Of a stretch of DNA of 13,035 nucleotides, positions 1-7,212 are shown in pieces (the first letter of the stretch is position 1; the number at the start of each line of letters is the position of its first letter). Location of the stretch: assembly GCA_965657355.1 (NCBI GenBank), contig CBFHOE010000014.1:74516-87550 (forward strand), in the 5' to 3' direction. This stretch comes from Limisphaerales bacterium. GTDB lineage: Bacteria > Verrucomicrobiota > Verrucomicrobiia > Limisphaerales > JAJOIW01. The position numbers and the translations under genes were made by a program. The notes under the pieces are model-generated. The model did not search any database. It was not told the origin of the DNA and was given only the letters and a program-made list of their open reading frames with translations.

Positions 1-159
1 TTCAAATTAATAAAAGAAAAACAGCGAATATTAAAAGATGCATGGCTAACGAAAACAGGCCACAAAAGACCCGGCGTCAGAAAGCTTGAACCATTCCATC
101 AGTGGATTACCAAAGCAAATGCTATTGAGAATTCTATCCGAGAGTTGCTGCCGGAATAA
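1..159 (+). CDS. 3' end of a CDS entering from the left edge; probable SGNH/GDSL hydrolase family protein (partial)
   Basis: Not in the ORF track. Frame 1 is open from base 1 to TAA at 157-159 and reads FKLIKEKQRILKDAWLTKTGHKRPGVRKLEPFHQWITKANAIENSIRELLPE*. The 'LKDAWLTxTGHKRPG' segment resembles, from recall, the C-terminal tail of Verrucomicrobia/Bacteroidota SGNH/GDSL proteins. The catalytic motifs would lie outside the window. Confidence 0.6.
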   Translation, partial: FKLIKEKQRILKDAWLTKTGHKRPGVRKLEPFHQWITKANAIENSIRELLPE

Positions 160-194
160 GATCTCTGTAACAATAAAATCTCGAATACCAGACA

Positions 195-854
195 GTGATT
201 ATTTCAGTAATGAACACAAAGGGAGGCGTTGGAAAATCCACGATCGTCACCCATTTGGCAGGATGGCTAAAAAATCATAAAAAGCAAAAAGTCATACTTT
301 GCGATTGTGACCCCCAGCAGTCTTCATCACGTTGGGCGGGCCAAGCTATACCCAACCTAATCGTTCACAACATACAGACGAATGGAGACCTCACTGCCAT
401 CATAATGAAAAAAAAGAGTGATGAAATCATTGTCATAGATGGAAAGGCTGGTGATGGAAATATTTCGAGAGGCATTTTGTTGGATTCAGATCTGGTAGTT
501 ATTCCAAGCAGCCCGAGCTTGCTAGATTTTGAAGTCACAGAAAAACAGTGTGAACTCGTAAAAAGAATCAGAATGGTGACCCAATCTGAGAAACCTCATG
601 CTATTGTCGTATTGAATAAAATCGGTAGGGATAAGAGGTCGCAAGACATGCTAGAAAATGACTTCATTGATGACATTCCTGTTCACGATTATTACCTGAA
701 ATACAGATCCCCATACTCAGATGCTGCAGGGAAAGGAAAGCTTGTTTGGGATTTGCCATTTTTTACAGTAGCCGCACAAAAAGAAATGAGCGCCTTCCTC
801 CAAGCAATATTGGATGCCGGGATTCAAGCGTCAGGCTTCAAATTAATCACCTGA
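195..854 (+). CDS. ParA/MinD-family ATPase (short type Ib/ParF-like, no N-terminal HTH)
   Basis: 219 aa with a GTG start. Deviant Walker A KGGVGKST follows the first strand (IISVMNT). Also Walker A' LCDCDPQQS, Walker B IIVIDG, 'SDLVVIPSSPSLLD' and 'VVLNK'. Confidence 0.9.
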   Translation: MIISVMNTKGGVGKSTIVTHLAGWLKNHKKQKVILCDCDPQQSSSRWAGQAIPNLIVHNIQTNGDLTAIIMKKKSDEIIVIDGKAGDGNISRGILLDSDLVVIPSSPSLLDFEVTEKQCELVKRIRMVTQSEKPHAIVVLNKIGRDKRSQDMLENDFIDDIPVHDYYLKYRSPYSDAAGKGKLVWDLPFFTVAAQKEMSAFLQAILDAGIQASGFKLIT

Positions 855-914
855 CATCTCGGTCCATTGACTAAATGGCAATAATAATCGGGAGAGGAAA
901 AAATCTTTTTCTGT

Positions 915-2402
915 TTAATTATTGTCAAGTGCTCGAATTGGAAAAAGCTTTGAAGGAGTGTGCTCGCGTTTCATCAAGATCCGAGCTTTTTCAACAACAT
1001 CGGGAAAGTCGGAGGCAATGTTTTTCGATTCTGAAGGATCACTGTCAACGTGATAGAGTTGGATATCAAGAGCTGATGAATTATTTTTGACGTTCAAGCC
1101 CTGCCGTATTCCCTTCCATGGACCAAACCAAATAGCTTGCTGCCCGCGATACCCAGCAAATTCTCTATAAATCTTTCTAGAAACGAGAGAATCATGATCA
1201 CCTTTTTGAAAAAGAGCGGGACTGAGGTCGAAGCCATCAATGGAAGATTTTTTCTTGATAGGTTGACCTACTAGGCTCATCAAAGTAGGAATCCAATCCT
1301 CAAAACCAGAAAGTATTTCAGAGGTTGAACCAGGTTTTATTTTTCCTGGCCATTTAACAATCAAAGGCACTCTTATTCCACCTTCATACAGAGAGCCTTT
1401 AAGCCCGCGCAAACGTCCAACACTATTAAAGAAATCGTAATCAACCTCTTTCTTGAGATGAGTTGTTCCATTGTCACTGGTGAATATAACAATAGTGTTG
1501 TCGGCGATCCCATAAAGATCTAAAGCGAGAACCAAGCGGCCAACATATTTGTCTAGAAGAGTAATCATGGAGGCGTAAGCTGCTCTTGGTGTATAATGAG
1601 GTGTGTAACCGCCCCCATCTCTTGTAAATGGAGGATCGTCCCATCCAAGCTCGTTATATCGAACAAGTTCTTTGTCTGGCACGTGCAGTGCGACATGTGG
1701 AATAATACTTGGATAATAAAGGAAAAATGGTTTATCGCGGTGCTTGTCAATGAATTTAAGGGCCTGTCTGTTAATGTGTTCTGGGGCATAATCCTGCCCC
1801 TTAAACATGTCGTATGATTTTGGGTCTGTTTTGTCCACTCCCTTCGGCAAATTCGCATGACCAGGAATAGGCGGCGTGTTTTTGAGTGGAAAAATTTTAT
1901 CATTGTGCCAAAGACTGGCAGGATAATATGTATGTGCTTTAGCCTGACAATTGTAGCCGAAGAATTCATCAAAGCCTTGTTTGTTGGGATCGCCTGAAGA
2001 GTGCGTGGGCCCAAGCCCCCACTTACCAAAAGCTCCAGTTACATATCCAAGATCTTTAAAATACTCCGCAAGTGTCTTTTCATCTTCAGGAATGGGCTCC
2101 TGCCCTTCCGGCTTTACCGGTCTATTGTTTCTGATGTAGGCATGCCCGGGATGTTTCCCTGTCATGAGCACGCATCGAGATGGAGCACAAACTGCATTAC
2201 CCGAGTAATGCCTGGTAAATTTCATTCCATCATCAGCCAATGAATCAATGTTGGGAGTTTGAATCTTTTTTTGTCCATAACAACCCAGCTCGTTATACCC
2301 TAAATCATCCGCTAGAATAAAAATGACATTGGGTTTCTTATCTTCACCTAATATTGATGATGAAAAAAAACCAATTAAAAAAACGAGCCTAAGGACATTC
2401 AT
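915..2402 (-). CDS. Exported arylsulfatase (formylglycine-dependent S1 sulfatase, Cys-type)
   Basis: 495 aa. Signal-peptide-like N-terminus (MNVLRLVFLIGFFSSSILG), PNVIFILADDLG, FGly motif CAPSRCVLMTG, GYVTGAFGKWGLG, PH, FTSDNG and KGSLYEGGIRVP. Confidence 0.95.
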   Translation of the reverse strand: MNVLRLVFLIGFFSSSILGEDKKPNVIFILADDLGYNELGCYGQKKIQTPNIDSLADDGMKFTRHYSGNAVCAPSRCVLMTGKHPGHAYIRNNRPVKPEGQEPIPEDEKTLAEYFKDLGYVTGAFGKWGLGPTHSSGDPNKQGFDEFFGYNCQAKAHTYYPASLWHNDKIFPLKNTPPIPGHANLPKGVDKTDPKSYDMFKGQDYAPEHINRQALKFIDKHRDKPFFLYYPSIIPHVALHVPDKELVRYNELGWDDPPFTRDGGGYTPHYTPRAAYASMITLLDKYVGRLVLALDLYGIADNTIVIFTSDNGTTHLKKEVDYDFFNSVGRLRGLKGSLYEGGIRVPLIVKWPGKIKPGSTSEILSGFEDWIPTLMSLVGQPIKKKSSIDGFDLSPALFQKGDHDSLVSRKIYREFAGYRGQQAIWFGPWKGIRQGLNVKNNSSALDIQLYHVDSDPSESKNIASDFPDVVEKARILMKREHTPSKLFPIRALDNN

Positions 2403-2437
2403 ATGATTTCTTGAGTATTCAAAGACCGAGGTGATGT

Positions 2438-5089
2438 TTAGAAATTTACATTTCCATTTTTTAGTTCGTGGATTGTATTGTGGACGACCCTATTGAATGA
2501 TTTTCCATTTTCAGACTTAAGACTTATTTTTATTTCCATACCCCATGTTTTTTTGATTTCAGGGATTTGCAAGCGAACAGTTTTTCCATCATTCATTAAG
2601 GTGGCACTTTTTACATCAAGCGATTTCTGGTTCTTATGAGGAGATCCGTATCTTTTAGACCTTACAAGATCCCAAGTAGTGATCTTGTAGTTTTTTGGAT
2701 TCACCGCTGATGATGGGTCTATTTTATTTGTAAACTGAATTTTTAACCCATTAGAGTCAGCCATCAATTCCAAAGGAAGATCTGCAGGAACCTCTGTTCG
2801 GCGGATTTTATAAAAACCACCATCTCTGTGTTTATTCCCAGCCCAGGCAAACATTCCAGTGGCGTATAGTTGTCCATTTTCGGGGTGAAACCTCCCACGC
2901 ATAATTCCGGTAGGGAATTCCAAACCAAGGCTAACCATCCCACCTTGAGCTTGGCCATCAATCACCTCGTGAGGAACGAGAAATACTTTCCCGGTGCCGT
3001 AACTCAAGCTTAATAAATGACCATTAAGATTTCCCCATGCGGCATTTTTGGGAACCCAGAGTAATTCACCCGGGCTGCGATCAAAAGCATTTGTGATCCA
3101 GCACAAAGGTTGCTCCATTGCTTCGTCACTAGAATCGGTTACGTTGTGGTAACCATACATATTTCCGTAAAACCCGCCATGCTTAACATAGTTGATTCTA
3201 TTTTTGGGATTCCAATGACCTTCTTGGTCAGTGACGATGAATGTGCCGTCCGGGTTTAAACACACTCCATTAGCTGCACGAAATCCTGTGGCAATAATAT
3301 CGGTCTTTTTACCGTCTGGTGAAACTCTTAGTAATGTACCGTGATGCGCGACTAACGCTGTCTTTGCATGCCGTGCGGATTTTGCATAATAAAAGTTGCC
3401 ATCTTTATCGACCTGAAGCCCCATGGCAAATTCATGAAAATGTTCAGTAACTTGATGATCGTTATTGAAGGATTCTACGAAATCAGTTTCCTCGTCTCCG
3501 TTCAGGTCGTGGAGAATAGCAATCTGGTCCCGGCAGGTAACATAAATTTTTCCTTTGTGATACTTGACCCCCAGGGGCTGAAAGAGCCCCGTGCAAATTC
3601 TTTTCCAGTTGTGCCTATTCCCTTCTTTGATCTCACTAATGCCATCAACGAGCCAAACATCACCAAGCCAAGTAGCGACGATAGCTCTGTCTGGAGTGAG
3701 AAAATCAAAACCTCCAATTCTCATCCAGCTTCCCCAAGGGTTAACATCGGGATAAGGTATTTCGTCTGCTACAAAGGCCTCTGTTGAACCACCCGAGATA
3801 CTCTGGGTTTGCACTTTTTTGTCCCACCGTGATTTCCCACCAGTTAATAGGCGTGACAGATTCTTGGCTTTACCTCGTGCTAGGCTGGAAATATAGAGAG
3901 CCTGCAGGTCGACCTTTCCGAATAATACTTCAACGTTTAAAGGAGTAACTGATTTAGAGATATTTAGATAATTATAGCCATCTCGAGAGATAACTTCCAC
4001 GCCGTCCATCGAAGCCACATAGGCATTTATTTCGGAAGGAGACACTCGCATGGACATGTCATGATTTGATTTTCCAATATTTAAAGTTCGAGAAAAAATT
4101 GGATTGGGGTCGGTGGCCACTATATCTGGAGTCTCAATGACACTTGCTTGACCAACAGTGTATTTGACAACAACTTTATCGTCATGAAGATACTGGCCTT
4201 TGAATTTGACCCAGTCGCTAGGAAGTGGGCCGTAAGGTTTGTTGTCCCTTCCCCGAAAGCGTGTATCTTCCCAGGATTGGTCATTTGGCCGAGCCCAACC
4301 AGGTCCAACAGGGTTGACGAACGCAATGTCCCCTTTAATTGATGTATGTGTTCCGTGAGATTGGTCAAATGCTATACCTCGCCAGTCGACAAATTTATCC
4401 CCTGTCCATGCGGATGCGACACGCATCGTATCGTGATCGTAGAGCATCCATGCATTTCCTTTACTGACGCCACCGGGTCCTTCGTCAAGTCTAACTGCGA
4501 TTCCTTTGTAAGCGATATTTCCAGGGGCAACTTGAAAGGTCCAATTGAGCATCGGGCCAAAATCCATTCTCAAATATTTTGGCCCTTTGGCATAATCAAT
4601 TTGCTCTTTTGTTAATTTTGAATCGACTACCCCTTTTGGGAGTTGGGTTAAGTATTTCTTGGTTACCTGAAAGTATTGCTCAGGGTTTTTTTTCTTAACA
4701 AATTCCTCCCTAATGTAATGAATGACATCATATGCCTGAGATGCAGTCAGCCACGGTTGAGGAGGCATTTGCTCATATCCATTCATTATCGTTTTGTAGA
4801 GTGAATAGGGATCGTTACCATTCTTAAATGGATCGCTCCAAAAGGGTCTCGAAGTGGGCAATGTTCCCTTTTTGTCTGGAGTTCCGTGACATGCAAAACA
4901 AAGTCCACGGTAAATTCGGCTTCCACGCTTGATGGAGTCATCGTTTAAGTCCTGAATCAATGCAGCATGATCGGCATTAGGTCTTTTGGCTGTCTCAACT
5001 TGAGTTTTCCCCGTTTCAATAAAAATTATCACGGATAAAGTTGTTGAGATCTTCAACAGTGACGAACTTCTCAAATTATGGAGAATCAT
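2438..5089 (-). CDS. Large c-type cytochrome-containing protein: N-terminal monoheme cytochrome c, DUF6797-like domain, beta-propeller, C-terminal Ig-like domain
   Basis: 883 aa. CxxCH (CFACH, 4886-4900) with a likely distal Met in QMPP. The 'YKGIAVRLD...LYDHDTMRVASAWTG...DWRGIAFD' segment matches my recollection of DUF6797. Propeller-type repeats include TGLFQPLGV, LHDLNGDEETD, IATGFRAANG and DQEGHW. The C-terminus has 'LKIQFTNKIDPSSAVNPKNY'. Domain names come from recall, not a search. Confidence 0.8.
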   Translation of the reverse strand: MILHNLRSSSLLKISTTLSVIIFIETGKTQVETAKRPNADHAALIQDLNDDSIKRGSRIYRGLCFACHGTPDKKGTLPTSRPFWSDPFKNGNDPYSLYKTIMNGYEQMPPQPWLTASQAYDVIHYIREEFVKKKNPEQYFQVTKKYLTQLPKGVVDSKLTKEQIDYAKGPKYLRMDFGPMLNWTFQVAPGNIAYKGIAVRLDEGPGGVSKGNAWMLYDHDTMRVASAWTGDKFVDWRGIAFDQSHGTHTSIKGDIAFVNPVGPGWARPNDQSWEDTRFRGRDNKPYGPLPSDWVKFKGQYLHDDKVVVKYTVGQASVIETPDIVATDPNPIFSRTLNIGKSNHDMSMRVSPSEINAYVASMDGVEVISRDGYNYLNISKSVTPLNVEVLFGKVDLQALYISSLARGKAKNLSRLLTGGKSRWDKKVQTQSISGGSTEAFVADEIPYPDVNPWGSWMRIGGFDFLTPDRAIVATWLGDVWLVDGISEIKEGNRHNWKRICTGLFQPLGVKYHKGKIYVTCRDQIAILHDLNGDEETDFVESFNNDHQVTEHFHEFAMGLQVDKDGNFYYAKSARHAKTALVAHHGTLLRVSPDGKKTDIIATGFRAANGVCLNPDGTFIVTDQEGHWNPKNRINYVKHGGFYGNMYGYHNVTDSSDEAMEQPLCWITNAFDRSPGELLWVPKNAAWGNLNGHLLSLSYGTGKVFLVPHEVIDGQAQGGMVSLGLEFPTGIMRGRFHPENGQLYATGMFAWAGNKHRDGGFYKIRRTEVPADLPLELMADSNGLKIQFTNKIDPSSAVNPKNYKITTWDLVRSKRYGSPHKNQKSLDVKSATLMNDGKTVRLQIPEIKKTWGMEIKISLKSENGKSFNRVVHNTIHELKNGNVNF

Positions 5090-5095
5090 GTTGTT

Positions 5096-5124
5096 ATGAT
5101 GGCAGCCCTCTCAGGAAAATCCAA
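5096..5124 (-). promoter_or_regulatory. Candidate sigma70-type promoter, possibly leaderless, for the cytochrome/propeller-sulfatase operon
   Basis: The minus strand reads TTGGAT-N17-CATCAT with an extended -10 TG (TGcCATCAT), and then 6 nt to the ATG at 5089. Confidence 0.35.
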
Positions 5125-5161
5125 TGATTTCGTGAAACTTGGGTATAGTTTTCTATTTATC

Positions 5162-5191
5162 TTGGATACGAAGTGGGTTTCACCGCATGAT
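5162..5191 (+). promoter_or_regulatory. Candidate divergent promoter for the prepilin-like gene
   Basis: TTGGAT (5162-5167)-N18-CATGAT (5186-5191) mirrors the minus-strand candidate, 46 nt upstream of ATG 5238. Confidence 0.25.
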
Positions 5192-5237
5192 TATAGGGTT
5201 AAAAAAATTAAAAACAGCACATTCTCAAGTATACGGG

Positions 5238-5939
5238 ATGAAGAAAAAGACATGGGCATTTACGCTAATTGAATTATTAGTGGTTATCGCAATCATTGCG
5301 GTTTTAGCTAGTCTTATTATTCCCGCCCTTGGGTCTGCAAAAGCTAAAGCGAGAAGGACTGGGTGCTTGTCGAACTTGAGACAGCAAGGATTGGCTTGGC
5401 ACATTTATCTCGACGACAATAACTCAAAATTTCCTGATAGTAGAAATTTGAAAACCCAACTACCTGGTGGATATAAACCGTGGGAAGGTTGGCCATTTTC
5501 TGACCCACGATCAGGCTGGGCTGTGGGATTACTAAACCTCAAATCCTATAAAGTGTGGACATGCCCATCTGTCATTAATTCGCGACTGATGAATTTTAAT
5601 CAATCTTTTCAAAAGAGAGGAAAAGATCCATCAGATCCTTTTTCAACGTATTGGATGTGGCGGTTTGACCGTATTGATGAAAAAGTGCCGTTAGATAATT
5701 TCTGGGGGAAAAATGAATTTCAAATAGTGGGTGATCTTAAAAGAGCTAACAACAGATTTATAGGTATGCCATCAGGCCCATCGGAAGTCGAATTAGCAGT
5801 GGATATTTATTTTCCCGGATCAATAGGCGCAGTAGAAAGTGCACTGAAAGGAAGGGCCGCTCACTTTGATGGTAAAAATCGACTCATGCTTGATGGACAT
5901 GTGCAATTCAAGAAAGACAAGAGAACTGGAAAGAAATAA
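5238..5939 (+). CDS. Prepilin-type N-terminal cleavage/methylation protein with C-terminal H-X9-DG motif (PVC type II secretion/DUF1559-like family)
   Basis: I moved the start from the track's TTG 5139 to ATG 5238, which gives a short basic leader [31 protein letters not shown] with Glu at +5. Also '[16 protein letters not shown]', WTCPS and an exact H-X9-DG ([14 protein letters not shown], His at 5862). Confidence 0.9.
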   Translation: MKKKTWAFTLIELLVVIAIIAVLASLIIPALGSAKAKARRTGCLSNLRQQGLAWHIYLDDNNSKFPDSRNLKTQLPGGYKPWEGWPFSDPRSGWAVGLLNLKSYKVWTCPSVINSRLMNFNQSFQKRGKDPSDPFSTYWMWRFDRIDEKVPLDNFWGKNEFQIVGDLKRANNRFIGMPSGPSEVELAVDIYFPGSIGAVESALKGRAAHFDGKNRLMLDGHVQFKKDKRTGKK

Positions 5940-5952
5940 CCTCTTGCTTGAA

Positions 5953-5981
5953 AATTAAAGGTCCAATGGTGTTCTTTAATT
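5953..5981. repeat. Perfect 8-bp inverted repeat AATTAAAG-N13-CTTTAATT
   Basis: Arms at 5953-5960 and 5974-5981, 13 nt after the stop of the prepilin-like gene. It is AT-rich, and its role (weak terminator or operator) is unknown. Confidence 0.35.
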
Positions 5982-6096
5982 AAAAAAATATATTATTATC
6001 GGGTGGCAAAATTTGTATTCACCACATGCATTAAAAATGATTTACCAGCGAAGAAAACCAAAGATTTATAATCTAATTTTTAAAACCCTATGAGTT

Positions 6097-6591
6097 ATGA
6101 AAATCGGAATATTCTCAGACATACATGACAACTTAAATTCTCTGAAGGAATCGAGTAAGGCACTCAAAGAATGTGATCAATTTATATGCTGCGGAGATTT
6201 GTGCTCCCCATTTGTGGTCAAAACAATTGGAGAGTGCTTTAGTAAAAAGGTGCACATCGTTTTTGGAAATAACGATGCTGACAAATATCGAATGATGCTT
6301 GTAGGAAATTCTTTTCCCCACCTTAAATTTTATGGTGAATACGTGGAGTTAAAGCTGGCGAACCGTATTATTTCCATTAATCATTTTGATAATATTGGAA
6401 ATGCTATTGCAAAAGCACCTGGCTACGACCTCGTCTGCTTCGGCCACAATCACAAAAAAGAAATCAGAGTCGATGATTCAGATGGAAAAATCATCCTCAA
6501 TCCGGGAGAAATATACGGGGGATTGAGCGGAGTGGCTTCTGCGGCGATCTACGATACAGAGCGGCACGAAGCCTACCTCATTTCCATTTAA
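6097..6591 (+). CDS. Metallophosphoesterase, YfcE/MJ0936-like phosphodiesterase
   Basis: 164 aa with the calcineurin-like motifs in order: SDIHDN, CGDL, GNND, NH, GHNH, NPG. Confidence 0.92.
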   Translation: MKIGIFSDIHDNLNSLKESSKALKECDQFICCGDLCSPFVVKTIGECFSKKVHIVFGNNDADKYRMMLVGNSFPHLKFYGEYVELKLANRIISINHFDNIGNAIAKAPGYDLVCFGHNHKKEIRVDDSDGKIILNPGEIYGGLSGVASAAIYDTERHEAYLISI

Positions 6592-6635
6592 TTTGATAAT
6601 GAGCTGATCGTCTGTGAGGGGTATGTTTTGTTGAG

Positions 6636-7103
6636 TTAAGAACGAACTTCAGCCCAAACTACTATTTGGACAGCAGCATCCAATGGCATTTCGTCTATGC
6701 CAAGTGCTACTCGGACATGAATCCCCTTATCTCCAAAGATTTCATTGAAGAGATCCGAGGCACCATTTAAGACATCGGGGTGCCCCCTGAATCCAGGGGC
6801 CGTATGGACATAACCTTCGACACGGACAATTTGATTAACTCTACCGAGATCGCCTTCGACAGCATCATTGATTTGCGCTATGGCGTTTACTGCACATAAC
6901 CGGGCCGCTTGGTAGCCGGTCGGTATGTCCAATTCTTTTCCGCATTTTCCTGGAAAAGCCATAACGCCATCTTTCCAAGGAAGTTGTCCCGAAGTCACAA
7001 TTAAGTTTCCTGTCTTGATCCAAGTAACATAAGCTCCGACTCCCTTGGGAGGCACGGGCAATTCGATTCCTGCATTGATAAGGTTTTCTTTTGGACTACT
7101 CAT
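6636..7103 (-). CDS. RidA/YjgF/YER057c/UK114 family protein (about 155-aa long subfamily)
   Basis: GIELP..P...GAYV, SGQLP, GYQAARLCAVN, VLNGASDLF.EIFGDKG.H.R.ALG and MPLDAAV. The catalytic-type Arg131 is present. Confidence 0.9.
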   Translation of the reverse strand: MSSPKENLINAGIELPVPPKGVGAYVTWIKTGNLIVTSGQLPWKDGVMAFPGKCGKELDIPTGYQAARLCAVNAIAQINDAVEGDLGRVNQIVRVEGYVHTAPGFRGHPDVLNGASDLFNEIFGDKGIHVRVALGIDEMPLDAAVQIVVWAEVRS

Positions 7104-7212
7104 TTTATTTTTTGACTTACTTGATGAAACTAAGCAACCAAATCGGGTGATACTAGTGAATCAGTTTATATTTTACCGAACCAAGATTAAATAGATTGAC
7201 GTGGTTATTTTG

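Noticed and set aside
86..280. 64-aa + strand ORF
   Set aside because: It overlaps both the upstream partial CDS and the ParA gene out of frame, has a TTG start and shows no motif.
855..914. Possible bidirectional terminator between parA and the sulfatase (CCATT-gacta-AATGG plus A/T tracts)
   Set aside because: The stem is only 5 bp and not adjacent to a U-tract, which is too weak to call.
875..1090. 71-aa ORF just after parA, considered as a ParG/McdB-like partner
   Set aside because: 176 of its 216 nt lie antisense to the conserved sulfatase C-terminus, and it has no recognisable ribbon-helix-helix signature. It is most likely a shadow ORF.
1565..4615. Alternative-frame and antisense ORFs inside the sulfatase and the 883-aa gene (e.g. 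1565-2029, 3368-3787, 4346-4615)
   Set aside because: They are fully nested in well-supported genes and have no motifs, as expected by chance.
5078..5272. 64-aa ORF across the divergent intergenic region, and the 33-codon TTG extension (5139) of the prepilin-like ORF
   Set aside because: The ORF overlaps both flanking starts and the likely promoter region. Class III leaders in this family are short, which favours ATG 5238.
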